From IMG/VR virus record IMGVR_UViG_3300030106_002100, positions 1 through 52,344 of that record: a DNA stretch of 52,344 bases. One strand, written 5' to 3'. Positions 1 through 9,347 of the stretch are shown here, in pieces. The number at the start of each line of letters is the position of its first letter. Position 1 is the first letter of the stretch. The position numbers and the translations under genes are program-made. Origin of the DNA: a virus. Its lineage: Duplodnaviria; Caudoviricetes. A model generated the notes under the pieces. It made no database searches. It saw only the letters and a program-made list of their open reading frames with translations, and was not told the origin of the DNA.

Positions 1-206
1 ATAAACCATGGCTTGTCCAATGGCAAACCCCAAAATGTCCCTGCTTCCTTATCAAAAAACCGAGCATGTTTTTTACAACGCCAAGCGTGTCCGTCTCGCT
101 TCTGCTCCTTCTTCTTGAAATAATAGCCACGCTTCTTGCTGTACATTTTTATCTGCCCACCTTTGATAGCGTGTCGACACGCTTTCAGCTTCCCATAGTT
201 CCTCAT
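1..206 (-). CDS. hypothetical protein, runs off window edge
   Basis: Read by hand: ATG at 206 overlaps the stop of ORF 203-475; open frame MRNYGKLKACRH...PWF to the edge. Confidence 0.5.
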   Translation of the reverse strand, partial: MRNYGKLKACRHAIKGGQIKMYSKKRGYYFKKKEQKRDGHAWRCKKHARFFDKEAGTFWGLPLDKPWF

Positions 207-475
207 TGCTTCTCCTTCCTCTCGTTATGTTCTTTGATTAAACGCCGACCCATCTCTGTCTCACGCATTGCAGGTGTACCACGAAAAGTAGGGTCGTCTA
301 AATCTTCTTTAGTAGGACTCTCATATACAACTTCTACCTTCACGTTGTCAGGTAAACCCATCTGTGAAAACTCTTGTTGAATACTCGCAGTCATTTCTGC
401 GGTCGAACAATCAAACACGTTTAACGTGTAGTAAACAAGTTTCTCTCTCATAACTTCCTCCTTAAAAATTACCAT
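203..475 (-). CDS. hypothetical protein
   Basis: ORF in tightly packed leftward operon; likely start at MREKLV with GAGGA upstream. Confidence 0.6.
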   Translation of the reverse strand: MVIFKEEVMREKLVYYTLNVFDCSTAEMTASIQQEFSQMGLPDNVKVEVVYESPTKEDLDDPTFRGTPAMRETEMGRRLIKEHNERKEKQ

Positions 476-974
476 CTGCTACCTGATGACACACCAACCC
501 ATGCTTACGCCACATTTCAACAACTTTGTTGCGGTCGTCCAACACCATGAAAACTTCAAACCACGGCTTGATTTTGTTTAGGTATATTTCTTCCTTGACT
601 ATCGCATCACTTCGGTTGTCATCATCTGGTCGCATCAATAAACCTAGGCACTCCCACTTACTCCCGAACTGCTCTAGGTATTTCATCCAACTTTCGTCCA
701 ACACAGAATTTTTAACACAAAGGCAACACCACATAGCCAACCACTCCTCTGTGACTTTCCTGTACTTTTCTGGTCTACCAGACACAAAGAGCAAACCATA
801 CTCGCCATACCAACATAACTTTCTCACTACTTCTAAAGTCGGTTTAATAACTGTGTCGTCGGACTGTTTCGCATAGAAAGACTCGAAATCTTTTTTCTTT
901 CCTGCAACGTGTGGTCGCCTGTGTTCCACGTCGGCAATAGTGCCATCAATGTCACAAATAATTATTTCTTCCAT
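462..974 (-). CDS. HAD-family phosphatase resembling the T4 PseT/PNKP 3'-phosphatase domain
   Basis: CDIDGT motif I, VSGR motif II, LLMRPDDD, DDR motif IV and 'VCHQVADGNF' end; start at ATG 974 with GAGGGAG upstream. Confidence 0.85.
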   Translation of the reverse strand: MEEIIICDIDGTIADVEHRRPHVAGKKKDFESFYAKQSDDTVIKPTLEVVRKLCWYGEYGLLFVSGRPEKYRKVTEEWLAMWCCLCVKNSVLDESWMKYLEQFGSKWECLGLLMRPDDDNRSDAIVKEEIYLNKIKPWFEVFMVLDDRNKVVEMWRKHGLVCHQVADGNF

Positions 975-975
975 G

Positions 976-1194
976 TCAAACTCCCTCGTTCCATGCTTGG
1001 TTCCACTTGTATTGACATATAGCATTACCTAGTTTTTTAAGGTCGGGGACGAGAGGAAAACTTAATTCTCTCGTCTTACCATTTACGATAATAATGCAGT
1101 CAAAGTGACCATACATATTCATATGTTTATCTAAAAGCTTTTTGGCTTTGGCTTGGTATTCTCTGAAATGTCGTCTTTTCATGACTTGTCCCAA
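976..1194 (-). CDS. hypothetical protein
   Basis: Short ORF packed between neighbours. Confidence 0.5.
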   Translation of the reverse strand: MGQVMKRRHFREYQAKAKKLLDKHMNMYGHFDCIIIVNGKTRELSFPLVPDLKKLGNAICQYKWNQAWNEGV

Positions 1195-1754
1195 TCTCTA
1201 AATGGTTGCTTGTCCAAATCTATGCCCCCGACTCCATATTTCCAAGATGTCCAACAGTTGTCGGCAAAGTTGTGACATTGTTTTTTAGATGGACCTTCAC
1301 TACCCCAATCATCGGGTTCGCCCCAACCACTATGGGTTCTGTAAAATTCTCTGTCTTGTTGGGTTTGTGAGCCAACCCCATACTTTTCTGCTTCTCCTTC
1401 CCACTCCAAGAAACTCTCGATCATTCCCTCAGCGTCATTCATAGCTTGTTCGATAGTTTCAAACTTTGGTAAGCGTCTGTCCTTTTCAGGGTACCAATCT
1501 GGATATAATTCAACAGGTTCATACCCGCTTGAAAAATATCTTTGGATACCAAATTCATCATAGACTTCGTAGCCATATTTACCTTCGATATGGTCGTAAC
1601 CATTAATGTCTCCTGCCTTAAACTTTTTTAGAGTACCGTCTGAGTCTGTAAATTCATCGTCCTCTCTAAACCTAACCGCTATAAGCCCAGTCACTACTCG
1701 CACTTCGTGGTCGTAGATTTTTTGCATTGTTACGATTTTTTGCTTCTTAGTCAT
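1179..1754 (-). CDS. hypothetical protein
   Basis: 191-aa acidic/aromatic ORF with AAGGAG RBS. Confidence 0.7.
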   Translation of the reverse strand: MTKKQKIVTMQKIYDHEVRVVTGLIAVRFREDDEFTDSDGTLKKFKAGDINGYDHIEGKYGYEVYDEFGIQRYFSSGYEPVELYPDWYPEKDRRLPKFETIEQAMNDAEGMIESFLEWEGEAEKYGVGSQTQQDREFYRTHSGWGEPDDWGSEGPSKKQCHNFADNCWTSWKYGVGGIDLDKQPFRDWDKS

Positions 1755-1779
1755 TTCACATCTCCTTAGTTAAAATAAT

Positions 1780-1938
1780 TTACTTCTCTCGGTTTTTTAA
1801 GACATCTTGCGTACTCTGCAATTTGTCTTGGTTTTTAACAACTTCCTCGACTCTATTTAATAGAGCCTCACTTGCCTTTGCGATAGCAATGCTCTCGGCA
1901 TAGACTTCTTCCAAAACTTCCTCAAATGACTTCTTCAT
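1780..1938 (-). CDS. small hypothetical protein (52 aa, not in ORF track)
   Basis: MKKSFEEVLEEVYAE...NREK; ATGA overlap with upstream gene and AAGGAG RBS. Confidence 0.6.
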   Translation of the reverse strand: MKKSFEEVLEEVYAESIAIAKASEALLNRVEEVVKNQDKLQSTQDVLKNREK

Positions 1939-2261
1939 CTACATCTCCTTATATACTCATCAATAAATTCTTCAGAAGTAGTATCTTCGTCGGTTAACTC
2001 TCTACCCAACCTTGCTTCCCACTCAGCAATTAACGCATAGCCAATGCCTAACTCTTTCTCTATCTTGGCTTCTTCTGCTAATCTTAATTCTTCTTCGGTA
2101 AACCTCTTGATGCCCTGTATCAGTTCTTGTGCACCATCAACTAACCTAACCTTGCCGTCCTTCACATTGGCTTGTAATTTATCAAACCTAGCTTGCTCAG
2201 CTTCGGCACCTTCCCAAACTACTTCTTCTGCTTCAAAAGTTCTCCACTTACTCATTTTCAT
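1935..2261 (-). CDS. hypothetical protein
   Basis: Acidic helical ORF, ATGA-coupled to neighbours. Confidence 0.65.
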   Translation of the reverse strand: MKMSKWRTFEAEEVVWEGAEAEQARFDKLQANVKDGKVRLVDGAQELIQGIKRFTEEELRLAEEAKIEKELGIGYALIAEWEARLGRELTDEDTTSEEFIDEYIRRCR

Positions 2262-2572
2262 CTCCTCATGGTTGCTTGATCTTTTGCTTCTGCGTCGGTA
2301 AAGACTGGCACAGCGTTGCTCTTGTGCAGAGTGCCAATGCCTTTGACGTTGTTGCCTGTGTAATACATAGTGTCTTTTTTGAGTGCCACTCCGTTGTCGG
2401 TACCGAGTGATGCAGGTCTCGGTGTTTCACGTGGCGGACATACCGTTGTGAATGGTAGGGTTTGATTTGCGACATGTTGCAAATTCTGCAACTTGTCTCG
2501 TCGTTTGCGTTGCTTGTTTTTCTGCAACATCTTGTAAGTTTGCTTTGACCACTTCATACACGTTTCCCTCAT
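2258..2572 (-). CDS. conserved phage hypothetical protein
   Basis: C-terminal YTG..VKGIGTLHKSNAVPVF...MRR motif recalled from aquatic phages. Confidence 0.65.
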   Translation of the reverse strand: MRETCMKWSKQTYKMLQKNKQRKRRDKLQNLQHVANQTLPFTTVCPPRETPRPASLGTDNGVALKKDTMYYTGNNVKGIGTLHKSNAVPVFTDAEAKDQATMRR

Positions 2573-2614
2573 AGATTGTTGTTGTAATATAGGCGCAATG
2601 CCCCCATTCTTTTT

Positions 2615-2643
2615 ATGGTATCATATTCTCAAGAATAAATCAA
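2615..2643 (-). promoter_or_regulatory. sigma70-like promoter for leftward early genes
   Basis: Minus strand TTGATT-17 nt-TACCAT with extended -10 TG. Confidence 0.6.
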
Positions 2644-2656
2644 GTGTATTTAGCTA

Positions 2657-2695
2657 AAATGTGTCTTTAATTTCCATAAATGTGTCTTTAATTTC
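2657..2695. repeat. 18-bp direct repeat x2 (AAATGTGTCTTTAATTTC)
   Basis: Copies at 2657-2674 and 2678-2695, 21-bp period. Confidence 0.85.
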
Positions 2696-2697
2696 GC

Positions 2698-3018
2698 TAA
2701 GTATTTGATTTATAAGTAATGTTATAATGTTATGTTTTTTAGTGTAATGTTATGTATATTGTTATGATGTAAGTCGTTGATTTATAAGTAATGTTATAAT
2801 GTTATGTAAATAAAGTTATAAAGGGGGTTTTTAAAAAACAGGTAAAAGACCCTCCCTCTGTCTCTCCGAAATAAAATTCCCGTTTATTCCAAAATTTACA
2901 TAACATTACAGATTTACATAACATTACTTTAAAATCAATGACTTACGAGGGTAAAAACGATAACATTACACATAACATTACAGCGTTTACATAACATTAC
3001 TTAAAAATCAAATACTTA
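2698..3018. repeat. inverted iteron array with four IHF-consensus sites; putative replication origin
   Basis: TAATGTTAT at 2717, 2725, 2745, 2789, 2797; ATAACATTA at 2900, 2918, 2960, 2972, 2991; WATCAANNNNTTR at 2698-2710(-), 2770-2782(-), 2933-2945(+), 3006-3018(+). Confidence 0.7.
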
Positions 3019-3054
3019 CGACACATTGCAAACTTTGCAACTTGTCCTTCTTCG

Positions 3055-3139
3055 CTATCACGTAGCTTTTAAATACATAACTGGTCAGGAGACTATCACG
3101 TGGCTTTAAATACAAAACTACCACGTGGCTATAAATACA
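3055..3139. repeat. three ~22-bp direct repeats CTAYCACGTRGCT(W)TAAATACA
   Basis: Copies at about 3055, 3093 and 3118. Confidence 0.8.
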
Positions 3140-3373
3140 AGAAAAAAATCGATCGACAGGTTACTCAAAGGTAACTTACCCAGAGGTAACCTAAAAATAT
3201 GACACATTGCACAATTTTCAACTTGTCTCAATCTGTGGCGGATATGCAACAAAGCAAAAAAATATTTTAAAAAATTATAATATTCTCTGGAACTATTTAG
3301 CGTTTTCGTGTATCTTATATGTAATGGCTCACAAAAAATTCGATTAACGGGCCAGATATAAGGAAACTTGAAT

Positions 3374-4012
3374 ATGTCAAAAGAAGCAAAAAAACCAGTA
3401 GTAAACCCTCCGCAGATTATTAGTGATGCGGAACTCAAAGCGACCCAGATTGGGGCCAAAGGTTGGAGTAAAGGACAGCAAGACCAAGAGGAGGCCGTCG
3501 CAAGTGTTGGGGATGTATTAAACGCGAAGACAACCTTGCAACAATATAACGAGATGCAATCTCAATGGTCATTGACTTATGTTGAGGAGAACCCAGAGGC
3601 ATCTAAGGAGAAGGTAAGCCAACAGCGGTCAAGGTTTTTCAGGGAGGCTTTGAAGTATGCTGGAATCAAGAAACCAACAGCCCAAAACGACGTAGCCGAG
3701 AACCGAGCCGAGAACCGCACGCAACGTGCGGAAAGGGTTGAGAAGTACGAGAAACTCGGAACGGCTGAACTAGAGAAGAGACTGCAAGGGGCAAAGAATG
3801 CCATTGGGAACGCAACAACTAAAAAAGCGGGAACATTGGCGGCTGCTCAAATGAATGAGATCCTAGAGGCGCAGGACAACCTGAAAAAGAAGGCCGAGGC
3901 CAAGCACGAAGAGGCCAAGAAGGCGTTATTATCCAAGGTTCGAGATCTCATAAAAGAGGCCAACTTTGCCACGCTCCAGAAGGTTGAAAAGGTACTACTA
4001 GGGAGAATCTAA
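3374..4012 (+). CDS. isolated hypothetical protein (coiled-coil, Ala/Lys/Glu-rich)
   Basis: AAGGA RBS before ATG 3374; followed by its own terminator. Confidence 0.8.
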   Translation: MSKEAKKPVVNPPQIISDAELKATQIGAKGWSKGQQDQEEAVASVGDVLNAKTTLQQYNEMQSQWSLTYVEENPEASKEKVSQQRSRFFREALKYAGIKKPTAQNDVAENRAENRTQRAERVEKYEKLGTAELEKRLQGAKNAIGNATTKKAGTLAAAQMNEILEAQDNLKKKAEAKHEEAKKALLSKVRDLIKEANFATLQKVEKVLLGRI

Positions 4013-4029
4013 GAACTGGTCAGGTTTGC

Positions 4030-4063
4030 GGGGTTGGGCTTGTAGCTCAGCCCCATTTTTTTT
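4030..4063 (+). terminator. Rho-independent terminator
   Basis: GGGGTTGGGCT-tgt-AGCTCAGCCCC hairpin followed by A and T8. Confidence 0.85.
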
Positions 4064-4076
4064 GCAAAAAATCTGT

Positions 4077-4188
4077 AAAATCGCTCGCTGTCGCTCGCCT
4101 AATAAGAAAAGTCAAAGTCAAAAGCATAATAGTTTGCTTCGCAAACCATAGGGTAAAAACTAAAAATCGCTCGCTGTCGCTCGCCTAA
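4077..4188. repeat. 26-bp direct repeat x2 (AAAATCGCTCGCTGTCGCTCGCCTAA)
   Basis: Identical copies at 4077-4102 and 4163-4188. Confidence 0.9.
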
Positions 4189-4317
4189 AAAGAAGTCGCT
4201 ACGCAAGTCGGTCCCCACCCAGGGGGTCCCCCCCAACTCGCTACGCTCCTAACACCTATACTTACATACTATTTTACACGTTAGAATATTTTCTCCAACT
4301 TCGACCCCCCACCCCCA

Positions 4318-4346
4318 TTGCGTTTTTCTAGAGAACGTGGTATACA
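4318..4346 (+). promoter_or_regulatory. candidate promoter for packaging/late operon
   Basis: TTGCGT-17 nt-TATACA with TG extension, upstream of terS. Confidence 0.35.
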
Positions 4347-4561
4347 CTGAATATGCAAAACACCCCCCATGCTTTTTGGGTCCTATACCGATGGAAAATA
4401 TAGCGCAAAAAGCTGCTAGAAGCGTGTATGAAATGTCGGTGAAGGAATTTTCAAAAAGGCTAGACGAGTTAGGGTATACTTTTGTGTTGAAGGATTTGGT
4501 AAAGAAAGTGGTAGTAGACGAACTACACAAAGCAAACGATGACGATAAAAATAAAAGTTGA
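4337..4561 (+). CDS. hypothetical protein (start uncertain)
   Basis: Short ORF overlapping the terS start. Confidence 0.4.
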   Translation: MVYTEYAKHPPCFLGPIPMENIAQKAARSVYEMSVKEFSKRLDELGYTFVLKDLVKKVVVDELHKANDDDKNKS

Positions 4562-5159
4562 CAACGAACACCCAATACCTGAACGCATGAATATGGAAAA
4601 AGCGCCGACTCCAATGGAAGAGTTAGAGGTCGCAGAGAATACGGCACAGCTTATGAAAGAGCACGCCGAGCCAATAGACATCACAAAAGAAGATAAGAAA
4701 GAAGCGGAGAAGTTATTCAAGAACTTTCAAAAGGGTGTTACCCCAGGGTCGCTTACGCAACCAGCCGTCATATTAGCCCTTTCGGGCTACGTCAAGCAAT
4801 ACTCGAACTCTATAGTATCTGATGCTGCGGAGACTAGGAACCTTATACATAATAGGCTGCTTGAGATATCAAGCTGTGGAGATCCGAAGCACGAGCTAAA
4901 GGCATTAGAGTTACTGGGTAAGATGTCAGATGTAGGAGCGTTTACAGAAAAGTCAGAGATTACAGTAGCGCACAAGTCTGCGGATGTCCTGCAGGGGTTG
5001 ATAAAAGAGAAGATAAGTAGGTTAATAGAACTAGAAGTTCAAGATGTAGAGGATATAACCGATTCACTTGATGAGGAGCTAGATGCAATCAACAACGGAG
5101 ATGAGGCCGACGACGAGGGAACTCCAGGATCTGTTGAAGAAACTACCGAATCTACCTGA
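4539..5159 (+). CDS. putative terminase small subunit
   Basis: Directly upstream of TerL; 'ELKALELLGK...F.EK.EIT' helix typical of TerS. Confidence 0.65.
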   Translation: MTIKIKVDNEHPIPERMNMEKAPTPMEELEVAENTAQLMKEHAEPIDITKEDKKEAEKLFKNFQKGVTPGSLTQPAVILALSGYVKQYSNSIVSDAAETRNLIHNRLLEISSCGDPKHELKALELLGKMSDVGAFTEKSEITVAHKSADVLQGLIKEKISRLIELEVQDVEDITDSLDEELDAINNGDEADDEGTPGSVEETTEST

Positions 5160-6618
5160 GCCGCAGTTACAGGATTTATATAAGACACTTATTGAACACG
5201 AGCACGCTGTTCAGAAAGAGGGGGCGGAGACTGACTTCTTAGAGTTTGTGAGAAGGGTATGGCCGAACTTTATATATGGTCCGCACCACAGGAGAATGGC
5301 TAGAGCTTTTGAGAAGGTCGCCAACGGAGAAATAAAACGCTTGATTGTAAACATGCCTCCACGACATACTAAAAGTGAGTTTGCTAGTTATTTATTACCA
5401 GCATGGTTTTTAGGAAGGTTCCCTGATAAAAAAGTAATCCAAACCTCGCATACAGCAGAACTTGCGGTTGGTTTTGGTAGAAAGGTGCGAAATCTTGTTG
5501 ATTCTGAACTCTATAAAGAAGTATTTTCAGACGTTGGACTTCAAGCTGACTCAAAGGCGGCTGGGCGTTGGGCTACCAACAAGGGAGGAGACTACTTTGC
5601 TATCGGTGTTGGAGGTGCTGTTACGGGTAAAGGTGCAGACGTGCTCATTATTGACGACCCTCATTCGGAACAAGAAGCGACATTAGCCGAAACAAGCCCA
5701 GAAATTTACGATAAAACCTACGAATGGTACACATCTGGACCAAGACAGCGTTTGCAACCGGGTGGAGCTATAGTAGTTGTGATGACAAGGTGGTCAAAAC
5801 GTGACTTAACAGGGCAAATACTTAAAAATTCTGTACAAAGATCGGGAGAAGACTGGGAATTGATAGAGTTTCCCGCTATTTTGCCTAGTGGCAACCCGCT
5901 TTGGCCCCAGTTTTGGCCTGTAGAAGAGCTAGAAGTCCTAAAAAACGAGTTACCCAACTCAAAATGGATGGCTCAGTACCAACAAAACCCCACATCAGAG
6001 GTATCTGCCATAGTAAAACGGGAATGGTGGCAAATTTGGGAGGAAGAAAACCCACCTGCTTGTGATTTTGTACTAATGTCGTGGGATACAGCGTTTGAAA
6101 AGACACAAAGAGCCGACTATTCTGCGTGTACTACTTGGGGTGTGTTTTATAAAGACGGACCTGACGGTATACCACAGGCAAATATTATTTTACTTAACGC
6201 ATTTAGAGATAGGTTAGAATTCCCAGAATTAAAAAGAGAAGCAATTAGTCAATATAGGTCTTGGGAACCCGATTCTGTTATTATAGAGAAAAAAGCATCA
6301 GGCGCTCCGTTGATATATGAGATGAGAGCGATGGGTATTCCTGTGCAAGAATTTACTCCTAGCCGTGGTAATGATAAAATTTCTAGATTAAATTCTGTTT
6401 CCGATTTGTTTGCATCAGGATTGGTATGGGTGCCCAATTTACGTTGGGCAGAAGAGGTTGTAGAGGAAGTTGCAAGCTTTCCTGCAGGAGAACACGACGA
6501 TTATGTGGATAGTACATCACTAGCGTTAATGAGATTTAGAAAGGGTGGGTACGTAAGAACTCCTCTAGATGAGGAAGACACACAAAATTACCGAGGGCGA
6601 AGAGAGCCTTACTATTAA
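5083..6618 (+). CDS. terL: terminase large subunit
   Basis: Walker A-like MPPRHTKS, Walker B LIIDDP, MTRW coupling motif, nuclease WDTA/IEKKASG/HDDYVD. Confidence 0.97.
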   Translation: MQSTTEMRPTTRELQDLLKKLPNLPEPQLQDLYKTLIEHEHAVQKEGAETDFLEFVRRVWPNFIYGPHHRRMARAFEKVANGEIKRLIVNMPPRHTKSEFASYLLPAWFLGRFPDKKVIQTSHTAELAVGFGRKVRNLVDSELYKEVFSDVGLQADSKAAGRWATNKGGDYFAIGVGGAVTGKGADVLIIDDPHSEQEATLAETSPEIYDKTYEWYTSGPRQRLQPGGAIVVVMTRWSKRDLTGQILKNSVQRSGEDWELIEFPAILPSGNPLWPQFWPVEELEVLKNELPNSKWMAQYQQNPTSEVSAIVKREWWQIWEEENPPACDFVLMSWDTAFEKTQRADYSACTTWGVFYKDGPDGIPQANIILLNAFRDRLEFPELKREAISQYRSWEPDSVIIEKKASGAPLIYEMRAMGIPVQEFTPSRGNDKISRLNSVSDLFASGLVWVPNLRWAEEVVEEVASFPAGEHDDYVDSTSLALMRFRKGGYVRTPLDEEDTQNYRGRREPYY

Positions 6619-6627
6619 GGATAAGAT

Positions 6628-9150
6628 ATGGCAATTAATAATATAGACAAACCAATGGAACCCACCGACTTGACGCAAGCTATGGGAGAACCCGATATCG
6701 AGATAGAAATCGAGGACCCAGAAAAAGTTACGATTGGCATCGGAGGTATGGAGGTTGTGATAGATCCAGATGCAGAAAGCTCTGATGATTTTAACGCAAA
6801 CTTAGCTGAGGATATGGATGAAGCTGAACTGCAAGAAATATCAGAAAACTTACTAGGTGACTTTGAAGAAGATTTAGCTAGTAGAAAAGACTGGATGCAG
6901 ACATATGTAGATGGTCTTGACTTGCTAGGTTTAAAGTTAGAAGAAAGAACTGAGCCTTGGCCTGGAGCTTGTGGGGTGCATCATCCACTGTTGACAGAAG
7001 CACTTGTGAAGTTTCAGTCAGAAACAATTATGGAGACATTTCCCGCTGCTGGTCCTGTTAAGACACAGATAATAGGTGAAGATACCAGAGAAAAGAAAGA
7101 AGCTGCTAATAGGGTAAGAGCTGATATGAATTATCAGCTAACTGAAAAAATGGTTGAATATCGACCAGAGCATGAAAGGATGCTTTGGGGTTTAGGTTTA
7201 TCTGGTAACGCATTTAAGAAAATATATTATGACCCAAATTTAGAGAGGCAGGTATCTATATTTGTACCTGCTGAAGACATTGTTGTGCCGTATGGTGCAT
7301 CAGACTTAGAGACGTCAGAACGTGTTACACACGTAATGCGTAAAACACCGAACGACCTCAAGAAATTACAGGTGTCTGGTTTTTATAAGGATGTTGAGCT
7401 AGAAGGACCGACGGACTACTTAGATGAGGTAGAAAAGAAGATAGCAGAGAAAATGGGTTTTTCTGCAACACATGATGACCGTTATAAAATTCTAGAGATG
7501 CACGTAGATTTAGATTTACCTGGATATGAGGATAAGGATAAAGATGGGAAGGAAACAGGAATTGCTCTGCCATATGTTGTCACTCTTGAAAAAGCTACGG
7601 GAGAAATTCTTGCCATACGGAGAAACTACCAACCGGAAGACGAACTAAAAGTTAAAAGAAACCACTTTGTACACTATGGTTATGTGCCAGGGTTTGGTTT
7701 TTACCACTTTGGTTTAATTCACCTCATAGGTGCTTTTGCTAAATCAGGTACTTCTCTGATAAGACAACTTGTAGATGCAGGTACATTATCTAACCTACCC
7801 GGCGGATTTAAGACAAAGGGTTTACGAGTAAAAGGTGATGACACACCAATCAGCCCAGCAGAGTTTAGAGATGTGGATGTGCCGAGTGGCTCTATAAAAG
7901 ACAATATCATGCCCCTGCCGTACAAGGAACCTAGCAACGTTCTATATAGTTTATTAGGCACTATCGTTGACGAGGGTAGAAGATTCGCTAGTGCAGCAGA
8001 TTTAAAGATTGCAGATATGTCTGCAAACAGTCCAGTAGGAACAACCCTAGCCATATTAGAGAGAACTTTAAAAGTCATGTCTGCTGTACAGGCTAGAGTT
8101 CACTATTCTATGAGGCAGGAGTTTAAGTTACTCAAAAATATAATAAGAGATTACACACCAGACAAATATAATTACAAGCCAGAAAGCGCTTCGCCAATGG
8201 TAAAGCAGTCAGATTATGACATGGTAGAAGTTTTACCTGTATCTGACCCTAACTCTTCAACAATGGCTCAAAAGGTAGTACAGTATCAGGCAGTCATGCA
8301 AATGGCACAGGCTGCGCCTCAGATATACAACCTTCCAAAGCTACACAGACAGATGTTAGACGTGATGGGTATAAAAGATGCTGCAAAACTCGTGCCGTTG
8401 GAGGATGACGAGAAACCAAAAGATCCAGTATCAGAAAATATGAACGCATTGAAAGTTAAGCCTTTAAAAGCATTTTTGTATCAAGACCACGATGCACATA
8501 TACTCGCTCACATGACTTTCTTAAATGACCCAACCATGGCGCAGATTATTGGACAGAATCCAAAAGCAAGGGCGATAGCCGCCTCACTACAGGCACACAT
8601 CGCAGAACACTATGGGTTTAAATACCGAGTTCAGATCGAGCAGCAACTTGGTGCGCCATTACCAAAACCAGATGCAGAGATACCAGAAGAGTACGAAACT
8701 CAAATATCTCGCTTGGTGGCTCAGGCTGCACAGCAACTATCACAGAACAACTTGGTTGCTGCAGCGCAAAAGAAAGCTCAACAACAGGCACAAGATCCTA
8801 TTATTCAAATGCAGCAACAAGAACTACAGATCAAAGCTCAAGATGCTATGCGTAAAGCTCAGAAAGATCAGGCAGATGTTGCTCTTAAACAGGCTCAGAT
8901 TGCTGTTGAACAAGAAAGAATTGCTTCTCAAGAACGTCAAGCACAACTTAATACATTGGCAAAAGCAGCTACAGATGACGCCAAACTAGAAGAAAAACAA
9001 TCTAGTCAAGTGGTAAAAGCATTGGTGGAAGAACAAAAAATTGAAAATCAAGCTGATAATGCAATAGCACAAACGATATTACAACAAGCTATGAGTCAAC
9101 CTGATGAACCAGAGGAGCCTACACCTCCGCCAACTGAGGAGAGACAGTAA
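6628..9150 (+). CDS. portal protein (P22-like, Gln-rich C-terminal barrel)
   Basis: Position after TerL; 840 aa; HPLL.EA, GNAFKKIYYD, Gln-rich coiled tail. Confidence 0.9.
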   Translation: MAINNIDKPMEPTDLTQAMGEPDIEIEIEDPEKVTIGIGGMEVVIDPDAESSDDFNANLAEDMDEAELQEISENLLGDFEEDLASRKDWMQTYVDGLDLLGLKLEERTEPWPGACGVHHPLLTEALVKFQSETIMETFPAAGPVKTQIIGEDTREKKEAANRVRADMNYQLTEKMVEYRPEHERMLWGLGLSGNAFKKIYYDPNLERQVSIFVPAEDIVVPYGASDLETSERVTHVMRKTPNDLKKLQVSGFYKDVELEGPTDYLDEVEKKIAEKMGFSATHDDRYKILEMHVDLDLPGYEDKDKDGKETGIALPYVVTLEKATGEILAIRRNYQPEDELKVKRNHFVHYGYVPGFGFYHFGLIHLIGAFAKSGTSLIRQLVDAGTLSNLPGGFKTKGLRVKGDDTPISPAEFRDVDVPSGSIKDNIMPLPYKEPSNVLYSLLGTIVDEGRRFASAADLKIADMSANSPVGTTLAILERTLKVMSAVQARVHYSMRQEFKLLKNIIRDYTPDKYNYKPESASPMVKQSDYDMVEVLPVSDPNSSTMAQKVVQYQAVMQMAQAAPQIYNLPKLHRQMLDVMGIKDAAKLVPLEDDEKPKDPVSENMNALKVKPLKAFLYQDHDAHILAHMTFLNDPTMAQIIGQNPKARAIAASLQAHIAEHYGFKYRVQIEQQLGAPLPKPDAEIPEEYETQISRLVAQAAQQLSQNNLVAAAQKKAQQQAQDPIIQMQQQELQIKAQDAMRKAQKDQADVALKQAQIAVEQERIASQERQAQLNTLAKAATDDAKLEEKQSSQVVKALVEEQKIENQADNAIAQTILQQAMSQPDEPEEPTPPPTEERQ

Positions 9151-9347
9151 TGGATGATGAATTAGAAATGCTGTTAGAGCATATGGAACACGAGATAGAG
9201 GAAATAAAACAAAATATGGCTGACGGATCTGCTAAGTCTTACGAAGAATATAGAAAGTTTTGCGGAATGGTTAAAGGTCTTACCATTGCAATTAATTACG
9301 TAATAGACCTACAAGAGAGAAGAGGTGGATACGAGGATGACGACTGA
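9150..9347 (+). CDS. hypothetical head-module protein
   Basis: TAATG coupling; 'G.AKSYEEYR..CG...GL' motif. Confidence 0.7.
   Translation: MDDELEMLLEHMEHEIEEIKQNMADGSAKSYEEYRKFCGMVKGLTIAINYVIDLQERRGGYEDDD

Noticed and set aside
2650-3230. CRISPR or mini-array interpretation of the repeats
   Set aside because: Repeats are short, partly inverted and irregularly spaced, with no unique constant-length spacers.
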